A stretch of 64,000 nt of DNA from Heteronotia binoei (lineage: Eukaryota), in assembly GCF_032191835.1 (NCBI RefSeq), contig NC_083224.1:22444001-22508000 (forward strand), read 5' to 3'. Numbering within the stretch: the stretch's first letter is position 1; each line of letters opens with the position of its first letter. The position numbers and the translations under genes are program-made. The notes beneath the pieces are model-generated. The model saw only the letters and a list, made by a program, of their open reading frames with translations, was not told where the DNA came from and made no database searches. Below are positions 33,089 to 46,600 of this stretch, piece after piece.

Positions 33089-36000
33089 GATTTTATTTAT
33101 ATCCCGCCCTCCCCGCCTAGGCGGCTCAGGGCGGCTAACAACATTCCATACGTTAACATAGATAGGCAAAACTTTAAATTTAACAATTAAAAAATTTAAA
33201 CATATAAAAACCAGTTAATTAAGTTAAAACACATAATTTAAATTACATTAAATGTATCTGGCAGCAATAAAACTGTTCTGGCGCTGGTTCTGCCAGTTTA
33301 GATAGTTCCATGGTAATATTATAGATGGCGGTTCTTTTATTCCTAGCAACTTAGCAGTCGATATCAGTATAGGCTTGTCTGAAAAGGGCGGCCTTGCAGG
33401 CCCTGCGGAACTGGTCGAGGTTCCGCAGGGCCCGCACTTCCTCCGGAAGCTGGTTCCACAGTGCAGGAGCCGCAGCTGAAATGCCCGTGCTCTGGTGTTT
33501 TGGAGTTTGACCTCTCTCGACCCAGGGATGGTCATTTTATTTTTACCCACTGACCTCAGTGCCCTCTGGGGTTCATATGGGGAGAGACGGTCCCTTAGGT
33601 AGGCTGGTCCTCGGCCATATAGGGCTTTAAAGGTAATAACCAACACTTTGTACTGGACTCGGTAGGTGATTGGCAGCCAGTGCAGTCCGCGCAACCCCGG
33701 CCGTATGTGCTCCCATTTCGAGAGCCCCAATAGTAGCCTGGCCGACGGAATGAGCAAGGAGTACCCATGGGACCTTTCCTCTTCACTTCTAAGCTGTGCT
33801 TGGTTTGGTAAAATTACCAAGTATGTTGACTGAGGAGAGAGGCCTTCTTGGGCCTGGAATCTGGAGGCTCAGAAGCTCCTTCTGGGGCTGAGCTGATTTG
33901 TGGCTATTGAGTGGCCACGCTAGCTTTAAATACTAGCTATTCCAGGGAATAGGGGGTTTACCTAAGAACAGCCGTGCTAGATGAGGCCAAAGGCACATCA
34001 GCCCTTTCCTTCATTCTTCACATGGATGCCTTCAGGCCTTCCTATGAGTTGGAGATGAGTCTGAGTGGTTTCTTTGGCGCTGTTCTACCTTTCAGGGGTG
34101 TTTGCAGCAAGTAGTCCCACCAGTTAACACTGCAACCCAGGGGGAACTGGCTTAAGTCAAACCACATAACCACCTCTGTTGTCGTGAGGTAGATCACTCC
34201 TCTCCCCAAGAGGATGGAATTGTGTGCTAATGAAGAGATTCGATAACCCAGTTAGAAACAGGTTCTCAGTTGAAGCACAGTTGGTTGATCCATAAAAGGA
34301 TAGAGGAAATACTGTATCAACCTCCCATCTTCTTCAGCGGCAAGTAACCAACTCCTTCCCAAAGGCTAAGAAGTCCTTTCCACCCCCTTGAAGCAGGAAA
34401 GCATCTGTCATGGAAAAACACACAGACACAGAAAAGCCAGGTATACCCGTCCACTCAGCACGCCCCAATGCCTGGGTTTCTCCAAAGCCAGCCAGCACCA
34501 TCTCCCCCGTCCCCAAGGAAGAGGGTTGACTACAATGACACCCCTGTACTGCTCTAAGGGTCTGCCAAACTAGCTTCCCCATGTTCACATTACATCATCC
34601 TGGTCATGCTGAACATGCACATTTGGTGCAAGTTCCCTGCATGTTAACAGATGTTTTGGAAAGACGGAACAGGACAGACTCTTCTGAGGCCTTATCTGGA
34701 CTTTTCAGCACTGCATGTTTCTCTGGGATGGGCTTCCAGAGGCTCTTACTCTACTATAACAAGTTAATGACCCTGAGACCCCATAAGCCAGTTTTCTGGC
34801 TATCTCTTGCTGAAAATAAGAGAGACCTGCTGACTTGGTGCTTCTACAAGAGGCAGAACCACCTGGATGATTCAGAAATCGCTGCACATTAGACAATATG
34901 CCCAGCTAGCAAGTAGAGGAAGGGTGTTGAACTCATTTGTTATGAGAGTCAGATCTGACATAAATGAGACCTTGTCAGGCTGGGCCATGTGTGTCAAAAA
35001 TGTAATGCTAGGTAGTGGAGACATAAACTTTTAAAAGACACAGACAAGCACAATTGAAGAATTTTTTTTAACAAAAAACACCTTTAAATAAAACATGCTT
35101 AAAAGATTAGCACTTCTGCAATATTTTGTTTATTTAACTGTCTCTGATAGCTCACACCTGTTGCTCTGAATTATTGCATCAAAATCTGGAAACAGTGTCT
35201 GTGCTGTAGCAATCTTGAGAATGCTGTTCAGGAGTGTGTATATAAGTCGCTGAAATCTCAGGGTAATGCTTTGTACTTAAGACCCAGGGGAAAACATTGA
35301 ATGGCTGGGCATTGAGAGCTTTTATTGATAAGCCGTTTCATGTGCTGGTCACTTTTGCTCTGTAGCTCTTGTACAATTGAGCAAGCCTGGTAAAACAAAC
35401 TGTGATGCATAGGAAGAAAGAGAGAGAAGCAGACTTGTTTGTGGGCCTGATAGGAGCCTTCTGGAGGCCTGATTTAGCCCCCGGGCTGCACGTTTGACAC
35501 CCCTGGTAGAGTATGGCTCAGAAATCGCAAGAAAATGCTTTCGAGCTTGAGAAAGGTGGCCCTACACTGCAGGGCTGGTTTTCTCATTGGTCATCACTTG
35601 CCCCCTTAACAAATGACATCTCTTCCAAAAACCATGGGGTCCCCCTCTGAAGTGTGGGGTTCACTTACTTAGATCATGGTTAGATCCACAAAAAACATGT
35701 ATCTGGGAAGGCTGAAACCCAGCTCCTCCTGGCTCTCTTCACAAGTAGAAAGAAACTCTCAGTGTAGTCACAGTACTGCATATCATGATAACTGCTTGTA
35801 TTTAATTCTGTAGAGCAGAGAGTCACAAGAGCTGCACAGCAAGTCAACTGGGAACAGTGAGGGAATCATTCTTTGCCAGTCTCTCCCTTAAAGTATGTTT
35901 GAGGAGAGGGGGGATGGGCAGAATGTAAAAACAGCTCTATGGCAAGGTGTGACCAGTGGCTCAGTTTGGTAGGAAGGAAGATCATATAAAAGAAATGCAG

Positions 36001-38536
36001 ACTCAAGAGCAAGGAGTGTCTGACTGGTGGCTTGGCTTCTTGTATGGATGCTGATTGAAACTCTTTCTTCATTCCAGCAGCGGATGTAGAGGAGACAGCG
36101 AGGGAATTCCAGAGGTTCTCCTTGGATATAGTGAAGAATGAAGATGCCAAAGAAAGTTTTGGAGATGGACCTCAGAGGCAGGAGGAAAGCCATGCAGGTA
36201 AGAGGAAGGATAAGCCCATTCCTTCCCCAAAAGGGGGTCCTTTATAAAACCCCAGTCCATGAAGAAAGGTCAGTCGACAAATGAAGGAAAAAGGACTCAA
36301 GTGTCTCTGATGCAGGAAGCTTAATGTACTTTCAAAGTCTATAGGTATTCTTGTAGACTTCGGTGTACAACAGGAGGAGGTAGGCACTGAAATATTTGGA
36401 GTGTGGATAAAAAATCCAGTAGCACATCATACCTCCATGTGTAGATTCTAACAGGAGATCTCTCTCTTTATTCCAGCAGGAGATAATCAGAGGAATGAGG
36501 AGGATGAGGAACTGCATCATCACTTGCCAGATGTAGTCAAGAATGAAGGTGTGAGAGGAAACGTCAGGATTCCAAGCAGACCTCAGAGAGTTAGGTGCAG
36601 GATGATGAAAAGGGTTAAATCTATTCCTTGCCAAGGTGGGGATTTTCAAGAAGTAATTCACATGTTGAAGGAAACATACAAGTGCTTGGAGTGTGGAATG
36701 AAATTCTCAGATCCAACCCAATATAATATACATTTTTCAAAGCACAGTATAATGAAGGCATGTAAATGCTTTCGGTGTGGAAAGTACTTCAGATACAAAT
36801 CACAACTCCTTGTGCACCAAAGGATCCACACAGAGGAGAAGCCCTTTGAATGCTCAGAGTGCGGGGAGAGATTCAGTCACCGTAGCAGTCTTCAACAGCA
36901 TCTAAGAACCCACACAGGGGAGAAGCCTTTTGAATGCTCAGAGTGTGGGAAGAGCTTCAGTCAGAGTAGCAATCTTAAAATTCATCTAAGAACGCACACA
37001 GGGGAGAAGCCTTTTCAATGCTCAGAGTGTGGAAGGAGATTCAGTCACAGTGGCAATCTGCAAAGTCATCTACAAACCCACACAGGTGAGAAGCCTTTTG
37101 AATGTTCTGAGTGTGGGAAGAGATTCAGTTGGATTGGCCATCTTCAACATCATCAAAGAACTCACACAGGAGAGAAGCCTTTTGAGTGCTCAGAGTGTGG
37201 GAAAAGATTTACTCACAGTGGCACTCTTCAAAAACATATAAGAACCCACATAGGAGAGAAACCTTTTGAATGCTCAGAGTGTGGGAAGAGATTCAGCCAC
37301 AATGGCCATCTTCAGAGTCATCTAAGAACTCACACAGGGGAGAAGCCTTTTGAGTGCTCAAGGTGTGGGAAGAGATTCAGTCAGAGTAGCAGTCTTCAAA
37401 GTCATCTAAGAACCCACACAGGGGAGAAGCCTTTTGAATGCTCAGAGTGTGGAAAGAAATTCAGTCACAGTGGTCATCTTCAAAGTCATCGAAGAACCCA
37501 TACAGGGGAGAAGCCTTTTGAATGCTCAAAGTGTGGGAAGAGATTCAGTGAGAGTAGCAGTCTTTATGGTCATCTACGAACCCACACAGGAGAGAAGCCT
37601 TTTGAATGCTCAGAGTGTGGGAAGAGATTTTGCCGCAGTGGCAGTCTTCAACAACATCAAAGAATTCACACAGGGGAGAAGCCTTTTGAATGCTCAGAGT
37701 GTGGAAAGAAATTCAGTGACAATAGCAGTCTTCAAAGACATCTAAGAACCCACACAGGGGAAAAGCCTTTTGAATGCGCAGAGTGTGGGAAAAGATTCAG
37801 CCGCAGTTGCTATCTTCAACAACATCAAAAAACCCACACAGAGGAGAAGCCTTTTGAATGCTCAGAGTGTGGAAAGAGATTCAGTCAGAACGGCAATCTT
37901 CAAAGTCATCTACAAACCCACACAGGGGAGAAACCTTTTGAATGCTCACACTGTGGGAAGAGATTCAGTCGGAGTGGCAATCTAATACAGCATCAAAGAA
38001 CACTCAAAGGGGAGAAGCCTTTTGAATGCTCAGAGTGTGGGAAGAGATTCTGTCACAGTAGCAGTTTTCAAAGTCATCTAAGAACCCACACAAGGGAGAA
38101 GGCTTTTGAATGCTCAGAATGTGGGAAGAGATTCAGTGACAGTAGTAGTCTTCAATGTCATCTAAGGACCCACACAGGGGAAAAGCCTTTTGAGTGCTCA
38201 GAGTGTGGGAAGAGATTTAGCCGCAGTAGCCACCTTCATCAACATCAGAGAACCCACACAGGGGAGAAGCCTTTTGAATGCTCAGAGTGTGGGAAGAGAT
38301 TCAGGGACAGTAGCAGTCTTCAAAAACATCTAAGAACCCATACAGGGGAGAAGCCCTTTCAATGTTCAGTGTGTGGGAAGAGATTCAGTTGGAGTGGAAA
38401 TTTTCATAGTCATCTACGAACACACACAGGGGAGAAGCCTTTTGAATGCTCAGAGTGCGGGAAGAGATTCAATCACAGAAGCAGTCTTCAAAGTCATCTA
38501 CGAATCCACACAGGGGAGAAGCCCTGCAGCATATGA
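28957..38536 (+). CDS. Complete SCAN-KRAB-C2H2 zinc-finger gene (exons 28957-29379, 30748-30862, 31921-31991, 32202-32328, 36081-36197, 36480-38536; 969 aa)
   Basis: Hand splicing gives 2910 nt in one open frame; strong Kozak context (gagATGG); SCAN, KRAB-A and 22 fingers. Confidence 0.88.
29412..30290 (-). mobile_element. Degraded BovB-like RTE LINE RT fragment in the intron after SCAN (diverged copy at 60004-60880)
   Basis: Minus strand [29 protein letters not shown] resembles Bov[30 protein letters not shown]. Confidence 0.82.
30400..30578. mobile_element. Hairpin hAT-type MITE (diverged copy at 60989-61167)
   Basis: cagggcttttttttgtagca..tttgcatattag / ctaatatgcaaagg..tgctacagaaaaagcccg inverted arms. 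Confidence 0.75.
32202..32328 (+). CDS. KRAB-A exon, copy 2
   Basis: Identical to 1610-1736. Confidence 0.95.
33007..33746 (-). mobile_element. L2 LINE insertion, copy 2
   Basis: Identical to 2415-3154. Confidence 0.92.
36480..38536 (+). CDS. Terminal C2H2 zinc-finger exon A, copy 2 (22 fingers)
   Basis: Identical translation to 5888-7944. Confidence 0.96.
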
Positions 38537-39488
38537 CGTCCTGCTTTGCAGAGGCTGCCAAGCTATTCGGCCTAGAAGTTAGTCTGAAGAAGACAGAAGT
38601 TCTCCACCAGCCTGCACCCCAGGAAGATTATCACCCTCCCTGCATCACTGTGGGTGAATCAGTTCTGAAGACAGTCCAGCAGTTCAGCTACCTGGGGTGC
38701 ATCATCTCCTCAGATGCCAAGATCGACAAGGAGATTGACAACAGGCTGGCAAAGGCAAACCGTGCATTTGGCCGACTGCACAAAAGAGTGTGGAGCAACA
38801 AGCATCTGAAAAAAGGCACAAAGATCAATGTTTACAAAGCGGTTGTGATGACAACCCTCATCTATGGCTCCGAATCGTGGGTTTTATACCGTCATCACCT
38901 GCGACTCCTTGAGCGCTTTCATCAGCGCTGCCTTCGCACCATCCTCAACATCCACTGGAGTGACTTTGTGACCAACACTGAAGTCCTCAAGCGGGCAGAG
39001 GTTACCAGCATCGAGGCACTGCTGTTGAAGACGCAGCTGCGCTGGGCAGGGCATATTTCTAGGATGGAAAACCACCGCCTTCCCAAGATTGCCCTGTATG
39101 GCGAACTCTCCACCGGCCATCGAAATAGAGGGGCACCAAAGAAGAGGTACAAGGACTCCTTGAAGAAATCCCTTAGCACCTGTCACATCAACCATCACCA
39201 GTGGTCTGACCTAGCCTCAGATCGCAAAGCATGGAGGCACACCATCCACCAGGCTGTCTCTTCCTTTGAGAACGCACGCATAGCTGGTCTTGAGGACAAA
39301 AGGAGATTGAGGAAGAATCGCACTGCTACAGGACCAACCCTAAATCAGACTTTTCCCTGCAGCCGCTGTGGCCGGACCTGCCTGTCCCACATTGGTCTTG
39401 TCAGCCACCAGCGAGCCTGCAGCAAACGTGGACTATTGCACCCTTCTTAAATCTTCGTTCGCGAAGCCAAGCCGAGAGAGAGAGAGAG
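38521..39488 (+). mobile_element. RTE LINE, copy 2
   Basis: Identical translation to 7929-8896. Confidence 0.93.
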
Positions 39489-42400
39489 TTTGGCAGGGCC
39501 GGATTAACAATTAGGCAAATGAGGCATTTGCCTATGGGCCCCCATGCCTTTAGGGGCCCTGGGCCAGCTTCTCCCCCCCCCCCAGTTTCCCCCCCCCGTA
39601 GCTAGTTTGCCTCTTTTTCCATCGGCCCCTTCCCCTCAGCTTACCTGCCTCGCCTTTTCCCCATCACTAACCCCCACTTCACCTGCCCCCTCCCTCGTTG
39701 CTTCTCTGATCGTCAGCTTCCCTCTTCACCTGACCCCTCCCCGTTGTTTCTGTTTTTGTCCGTTTGCCCCGCCTCCTCTCCATCTGCCATCCCCGCCCCA
39801 TGGGAAACCCATCTCTGGTGTGAGAGAAAACTGCTTCCGTGCTCACCGGGTTTGCAAGGCACTTTTGGCGGGGAGGAAAGGGAAGCCATTGCAAAACTCC
39901 ATCTGGGCTCTAGTTGAGTGGTGGGCTGTGAGCACAGGACACTTTCCCCCCAAGCAGAAATCCAGATTGCCTACAGCAAAAAAAAGTGAGAAAGCAAGCC
40001 AGGCAAGCCGGCTCTGTTAGGTTCGCCTGCCCTTCAGCAGCTCCTCAGCATCTAGCAGCGCCAGGCCAGCCAACTCTTTAACTCCTGGGGGGAGCTGGAG
40101 GCTGCTTTTGCTGCAGGCTCAGTCCCATAGCCAGAAATTTCTGAGTGGGGGGGCCCAGGGCATAAAAGTTTGGGTGGGGGGGCCATGGAGGCTTGGCTGC
40201 TTTTTCCAGCAGCCAGCTGCCCGGCCCCAGTTCACTCGCTCTCACGCTCTTGAGGGTGGGAAGAGCCTGGGGGGGAGCGTCAGCAGCAAAAATGGGGCCA
40301 CGGGGAGAGTGGGGGAGGCAGGGAAGAGCCCGGGGAGAGTGGCACTGGGAAAAAAGGGGCCGCGGGGAGAGCGGAGGAGGCAGGGAAGAGCCCAGGGAGA
40401 GCAGCAGCAGAAATGGGGCCGCGGGGAAGGCAGGGAAGAGCCCGGGGAGAGCGGCAGTAGGGGAAATGGGGCCACAGGGAGAGTGGAGGAGGCAGGGGAG
40501 AGCGGCAGCGGAGAAAATGGGGCTGCGGGGAGAGTGGGAGAGGCAGGGAAGAGCCCGGAGAGAGTGGCAGCGGCAAAAATGGGGCTGCAGAGAGACCGGG
40601 GGAGGCAAAAAAGGGGTGGGAAGAGCCTGGGGAGAGCGGCGGTGCGAAAATGGGGGAATGCCTTTTTAGCACCGGTTCCTGCCGGCTGACACAGGAGCCC
40701 CGTGGTACAGAGTGTGTACTGCAGTCCTAAATTCTGCTCACGACCTGAGTTCAATCCCCGGTGGAAGCTGGGTTTTCAGGTAGCCGGCTCAAGGTTGACT
40801 CAGCCTTCCATCCTTCCGAGGTTGGTAAAATGAGTACCCAGCTTGCTGGGGGGAAAGTGTAGATGACTGGGGAAGGCAATGGCAAACCACCCCATAACAG
40901 AAAGTTTCAGTCTCCTCTGCATGTGAAAAACAAAGAATCACATATTGAGAAGGAAAATAGTTCTGCTGTATTAACCTCATTTCTGCAGGGAGAAGAATTT
41001 TGTGAGTATATTGAAGGGGTGATAGGCAGGGTCATAAACAAAAGACTTCTTCAGTACTGTCAAGCATACAGACTTCAAGATAACCAACGGATGATTTTGA
41101 AACAAAGTATTGGTTTATTGTAAATCCATTGTGCTCATGGTAAGACCATATTGAAAGTGATACGGTTTAACACAAGATAGCTGGCTTTAAGGGATACATC
41201 AAAGAGACACTAAAGAATGCAAGGAATTCTTGCATATACATGTGAAAAGCTACACTCACAGGCCCGGCTATCACAGGCCCGGGCAGTGACCCAGCAGGCC
41301 CGGCTATCTTTTGTGGTTCCAAACATCCTAGGTCTCAGGCTTAGGCCTGGGAATCGTCCCTGGGAGGTGTTGTCTTCAAAGCTGGTATTTCTACATTTGT
41401 TACAGTAGGTGCTAACTTGGGAATAGTTTACATAGCTTTGATATGCAACAGTACAGTAAGATAATAAACAATATAGCTTTCTACTGAGAATAAAATGTAT
41501 GCTTGACATAGTTTTGCCAAGTCCAATTCAAGAAATATCTGTGGACTTTGGGGGTGGAGCCAGGAGACATTGGGGCGGAGCCAGGAACAAGGGTGTGACA
41601 AGCATAATTGAACTCCAAGGGAGTTCTGGCCATCACATTTAAAGGGACCGCACACCTTTTTTAAATGCCTTCCTTAGGAATTAATGAAGGATAGGGGCAC
41701 CTTTTTTGGGGCTCATAGAATTGGACCCCATGGTCCAATCGTTTTGAAACTTGGGGGATACTTTGGGGAGGCTCACTAGATACTATACTGAAAATTTGGT
41801 GCCTCTACCTCAAAAAACAGCTCCCCCAGAGCCCCCGAAACCTCCAGATCAATTCCCCATTATACCCTATGAGAATCAATCTCCGCGTAGGGAATAACAA
41901 AGTGCTCAGCAGGCCCCACCCCCATTTCTGGCCACTCTGAAGCGAGGGATTGGCCTCTCTACTCACGAGTTGCTGCCAACTTCTTCAAAGTAACACAGAC
42001 ACACCATCGCAAGAGGAAGCTTTTCAATCAGCGACGGAAGCCTCCAGAGGTAGAAACGCACATGGTACTCTGGGGGCGGAGCTCCCCCCCGCCGCCAGCC
42101 AGACTCCACAAGGAGACGCCACCCGGCAGCCGGAGAGGACACAAGGTCTACGAGTCCCAGCATGCACCTCATGAAGGGTGGACTGGAGTGAATAGCAGGC
42201 TGGTGGTGGGCGGGTCTTTGTGACCCGGAGGAAGGGAGAAGCCTGAAGCCTGTGAGGGAGGCAGGCAGGGAAAGAGACATGGCGCCGTTCCCCCCCCCTC
42301 GCTTCCGGATTTTTGGAGAGCGGGGGAGGAGTCTGCTAATTCGGGGGTCCCCTGGGAGGGCGGGGGGGTTGGGAAGCCTAGCTTGACACTTTGCCCTCCC

Positions 42401-45400
42401 ACTGGATCCAGGGAGAATGCAATGCCCTAAGGCCCTGCTGAACAACTTGTAGGACAGGGATCACAGTGTGGAAAGAAATGTGTTGTTGTTATGTTCTGAG
42501 ACAACAAACTCAATATGTTTAATCTTCCTGAGCTTCATTTCCTGACTTGCTGTATTGAGACAACCTCAGTTCCAGGGTCAGAACCGGTTCCCTTGTCGAT
42601 CTCAGCTCCAAGCCCTCTTGCTAAAGGCCAACCCAGTGACCCAGCAGACCTGGTGGCGGACTGAATCTAAAAATATTGGTTGCCAGGAGACATATGCCCC
42701 CCCAACTATAAGGCTTAAGGCTATCATTTAATTTTTGTAAGCAATATTTTTTTTAAAAAAAATACATAAGTGGAAAAATGTACAATTAAAACTTTTGCAA
42801 AATAAATATATATATTTTTAGTAATTAGTGTACATCTATTGTACATATTACTGGCAGTATACGGTAGATACTAAATGTAAATACAGATTCCATTTTCTCC
42901 AGGGGAACTGATCTCTGCTAGCTGGAGATCAGTTGTAAAAGCGGGCGATCCCCAGGTTCCACCTGGAGGCTGGCAACCCTAAATACAACATAAATTTTAG
43001 TTGCATTACAGTAATAATACTGGAACTTCTAATATATTTTCAAGCTACTAAAAGGTCATTAACATTTTTAACATATTGTCTAATGTTTAAGGGGGCCCAC
43101 TTGTCTTCGGGCAAACTGACACAATGGCCAGTCCTCCACTGGTCCTACCATCTTACTGCACTCTCAGCAGCACTAACATCTGGTCCTTTTCAGGAAAGGT
43201 GCTGTTTCAGGCAGAGGCAAGGCTTGTGATTGCCATCTCCATAGGGAACCCAAAATCAGTCTGCAAGTGGTTTTTAGAGGCAAGCTTCTCAGTTCCCTGA
43301 TAGCCTTTGGAACCCTTCAAAGAAGCCAATTTAAGTGCAAAACCATCTCTTGGGAAGCCAGTAATCTCAGATACAGTTCTGTGATTAGGTTTAACATTCT
43401 ACCTACCTATTCCAAATCTCTATGTGTATATCAATTCCCTTCCCTGCCAGTGTATTTAAATAAAACAAAATTTGTTTAAGTCTCTACCTGTGCCTATCGT
43501 GCCATTTTCTGAGGGAAAATTTTGATGACTGAAGCAAACAGACAAGGCGATTGTTTTAGAGGGAAGATTATGAAAGCGGTTGCTTTGTCACACCTGCCAT
43601 GAGATCTAACAGTAACAGCAGTGCCAAACTGCCTCAATCCAGCTGCCTATGAAGACCATCCTAGAGGGGAGGGGGGAATGCTGAATTTGGTACCCCCACC
43701 CTGCTGGCACTCTAGGCAACCACCTAGTTTGCCTAGTGGGGGAGACTGCCCTGGTGACCCACACAGTATCCGTCTCATGGCCAGGGCAGAAACCTGACTG
43801 GAATGGGTCCAGTGCCAGTGTGTCCTCCAGAAAGCCCTGAAGTTGTTCCATTGCCGCTCTTTCAATTACTTTACCCAGGAACACTAAGTTTTAAACTGGG
43901 CAGTAATGCAATGGATCCAATGATGATTTTTTCAAGAGCAGTGTGGCCGCTGCTTCCTTGAAGTCCTCCAGAAATTCCCATGTTCCCATGGACAGGTTGA
44001 TAATTTCCTTCATAGGGTCCCATATCCTCATTGCTGGTCTTAACCAGCCAACAGAGACACGGGTCAAGCAAGTTCGTGGTCAGTCTAACAGCAGCCAGGA
44101 CTCTGTCAACATCAGAAGAGGAGAGCAGGTTGAAAGAACTGAAAACAACTCAAAAACGGCCAAGGAGCCTCCAGTTCCGTCATGATCTTAGGCCTACTAA
44201 GGCCTATAGGTTCCAGAGAAGCCTGCCTAGGAATTACTATAGAAAGCCTACATCTCCCAGGATCCCTTCTGTCCTTCTGATTGGGTGGCAAGGTTTTGAA
44301 AGGAAACTAGCCCAGAGAGGGGTCGGACCTAGGAGGAGAACATAAAAGTGTTAACCGGTTTTGGGGCCACGGCCCTGAAACCCAGAACAATTTAACCAGG
44401 CAGAGACTTTTTGCTCAGAAATCCAAAGGTTTATTTATAAAAATCACATTTGCAAATGGAGAGAAAGATCTCAGGCTGAGCTGTCTCTCTGTGTGTCTTT
44501 CTTCGCTCAAGCTGTTGTTTTAAGCATTCCCGACGCAACCCCCCCCCCCCTTCTCTCTCTTCCTGTGACCAAAACAGGCCAGAGACGCAGGACTCACAAT
44601 CTGACTCCTCCCGAGCGCAAAGCAGCAACCCCCCCCCCCTTTTCCCTTATATGAAAAGAATCACATCATCTCTCCTAAGTGAAAATTCCACACTAATTGG
44701 CTAACTCTAAGTTTCTCTTAAATTGGTGGGGCCCTCCTTTACAATCTGTCTACTAACTAGATAACGCTTCTCGTCCTGGCAAACTCTCCTCTGCATTCTG
44801 AACTTTTTACCTTTCGGTTCCCAAGGCAACTGTTTCTCCCCCTATGGCTCATGATGCAAGATGTTTTTCGTCCCCAGACCAGAGCCAAACTCCCTATAAT
44901 ATATACAGTGATTATGAGTAACATACACAATGGCCCTGCATCCAAGGCTTTCTTCTGAGTGAACAGGACTTTTGGCCTGAATTATGTTCAACAAAAGGGC
45001 CAAGCGCAGACAGGGTGTGTTCTCTCTGGGAAAGGCTGCAGGAATGAAGGCAGCAGGAGTGAGTTTGGTATTAGAGTGGCAACTGTTTAGCTAAATGCAT
45101 CAGGGCTTCTGTTTATTTGCACCAACCATTACTGTTTTCATATTCACTACAGCACTAAATCTTTATCAACCACTTATTATTTTTATAGTACTACCAATGA
45201 ACTTCATTTTGCTGTTCTACTGCCTGGTTTCTCACATCTCTTTGGTCACAGTTATGAGGTATTTACTAATAAGGAAAACAAGGATGGCTGGGTGCTCTGG
45301 GCCCTCCCATACAGACCCTTACCAGAGTGGTGGCAGCCAGTAGAAGGCCTTCCTGGGCCCCTGCTGTATCAAAACTGGCAGGTAAATCCCAGGGAAGATA

Positions 45401-46516
45401 CTGGAGCAGATTTTAAAGGGATCAGTCTGCAAGAATCTAAAAGATAACTTAGTGGTCTGGGGAAGTCTCCATGAATTTGTCCCCAACAGGTCCTACCAGC
45501 CCAACCTTATATCCTTCTTTAATCAAGTGACAAGCTTACCGGATCGAGGGGATGCTGTTGATGTTGCTTATCTGGATTTCAGAAAAGTTTTTGACAGGGT
45601 TCCCATGATGCTCTTATGGGTAAACTAGAGGACTGTGGGCTGGACTCTAGGATAGTTAGGTGGATACGGAACTGGTTGGAGAACCATATTCAAAGAGTAG
45701 TTGTCAGTGGCATTTCATCTGAATGGAAGGAGGTATCCAATGGGGTACCACAGGGCTTGGTTCTTTTCAATGTTTTTATCAATGATCTGGATGAGCGTGT
45801 GGAGGGGCTACTCATTAAATCCACAGATGACACCAAACTGGGAGGAGTAGTAAACACACCAGAAGATAGAGACGGAATTCAATGAGATCTGAACATGCTG
45901 GAAGAGTGGGCAGATGTGAAGAAGATGCAATTTTAAAAGGATAAGAGCTGAGTTCTATATCTGGGTAACAAAAATTAGCAACACACATATTGGATGGGGG
46001 ATATACTTCTGGGTAGCAATGATTACAAATAAGTTTGGGGTACAGGTGGACTGTAAGTTAAATAGGAGCAGTTAGTGTGATGCAGCGACAAAAAAGGCTA
46101 ATGCAATCTTGGGGTGTATCAACAAAAGCATAACATCCAAATCGCATGATGTCATAGTCTGCTGTACTGCAGCAGTTCTGGAGGCCTCATTTCAAAAAGG
46201 ATGTGGACAAAATGGAGGGAGTGCAGAGGAAAGCAATGAGGATGATCAGGGCCAAGAGATGAATCCCTACAAGGAGAGGCTGAGGGGAATGTTCAGGTTG
46301 GAGAAGATGAGGTTGAGGGGACATGATCAGAACCAACAACTTCCCATATACGTAGCCTTCTCTGTTGTGGCCCCGACAATAAGGAATGGCCTGCTGGAAG
46401 AAGTCAGGAAGACTCCCACTCTCTTGGCTTTCTGCAAACTGCATAATCTTGGTAAAACAGATGGACATTTATGAAATAATTAAATAATTAGGACAGCACA
46501 AGGCAACACAGTCCCT

Positions 46517-46600
46517 GGGCCAGAGACCAGTTCTCAGGCAGTGGCCCTGGCTGAAGGTTTCCTCTTGAGTCAGGCAGAGGAGAAGAGGCAGGCACAGCAG
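46517..46600 (+). pseudogene. SCAN exon 3' stub, copy 2
   Basis: Copy of 15925-16008. Confidence 0.9.
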
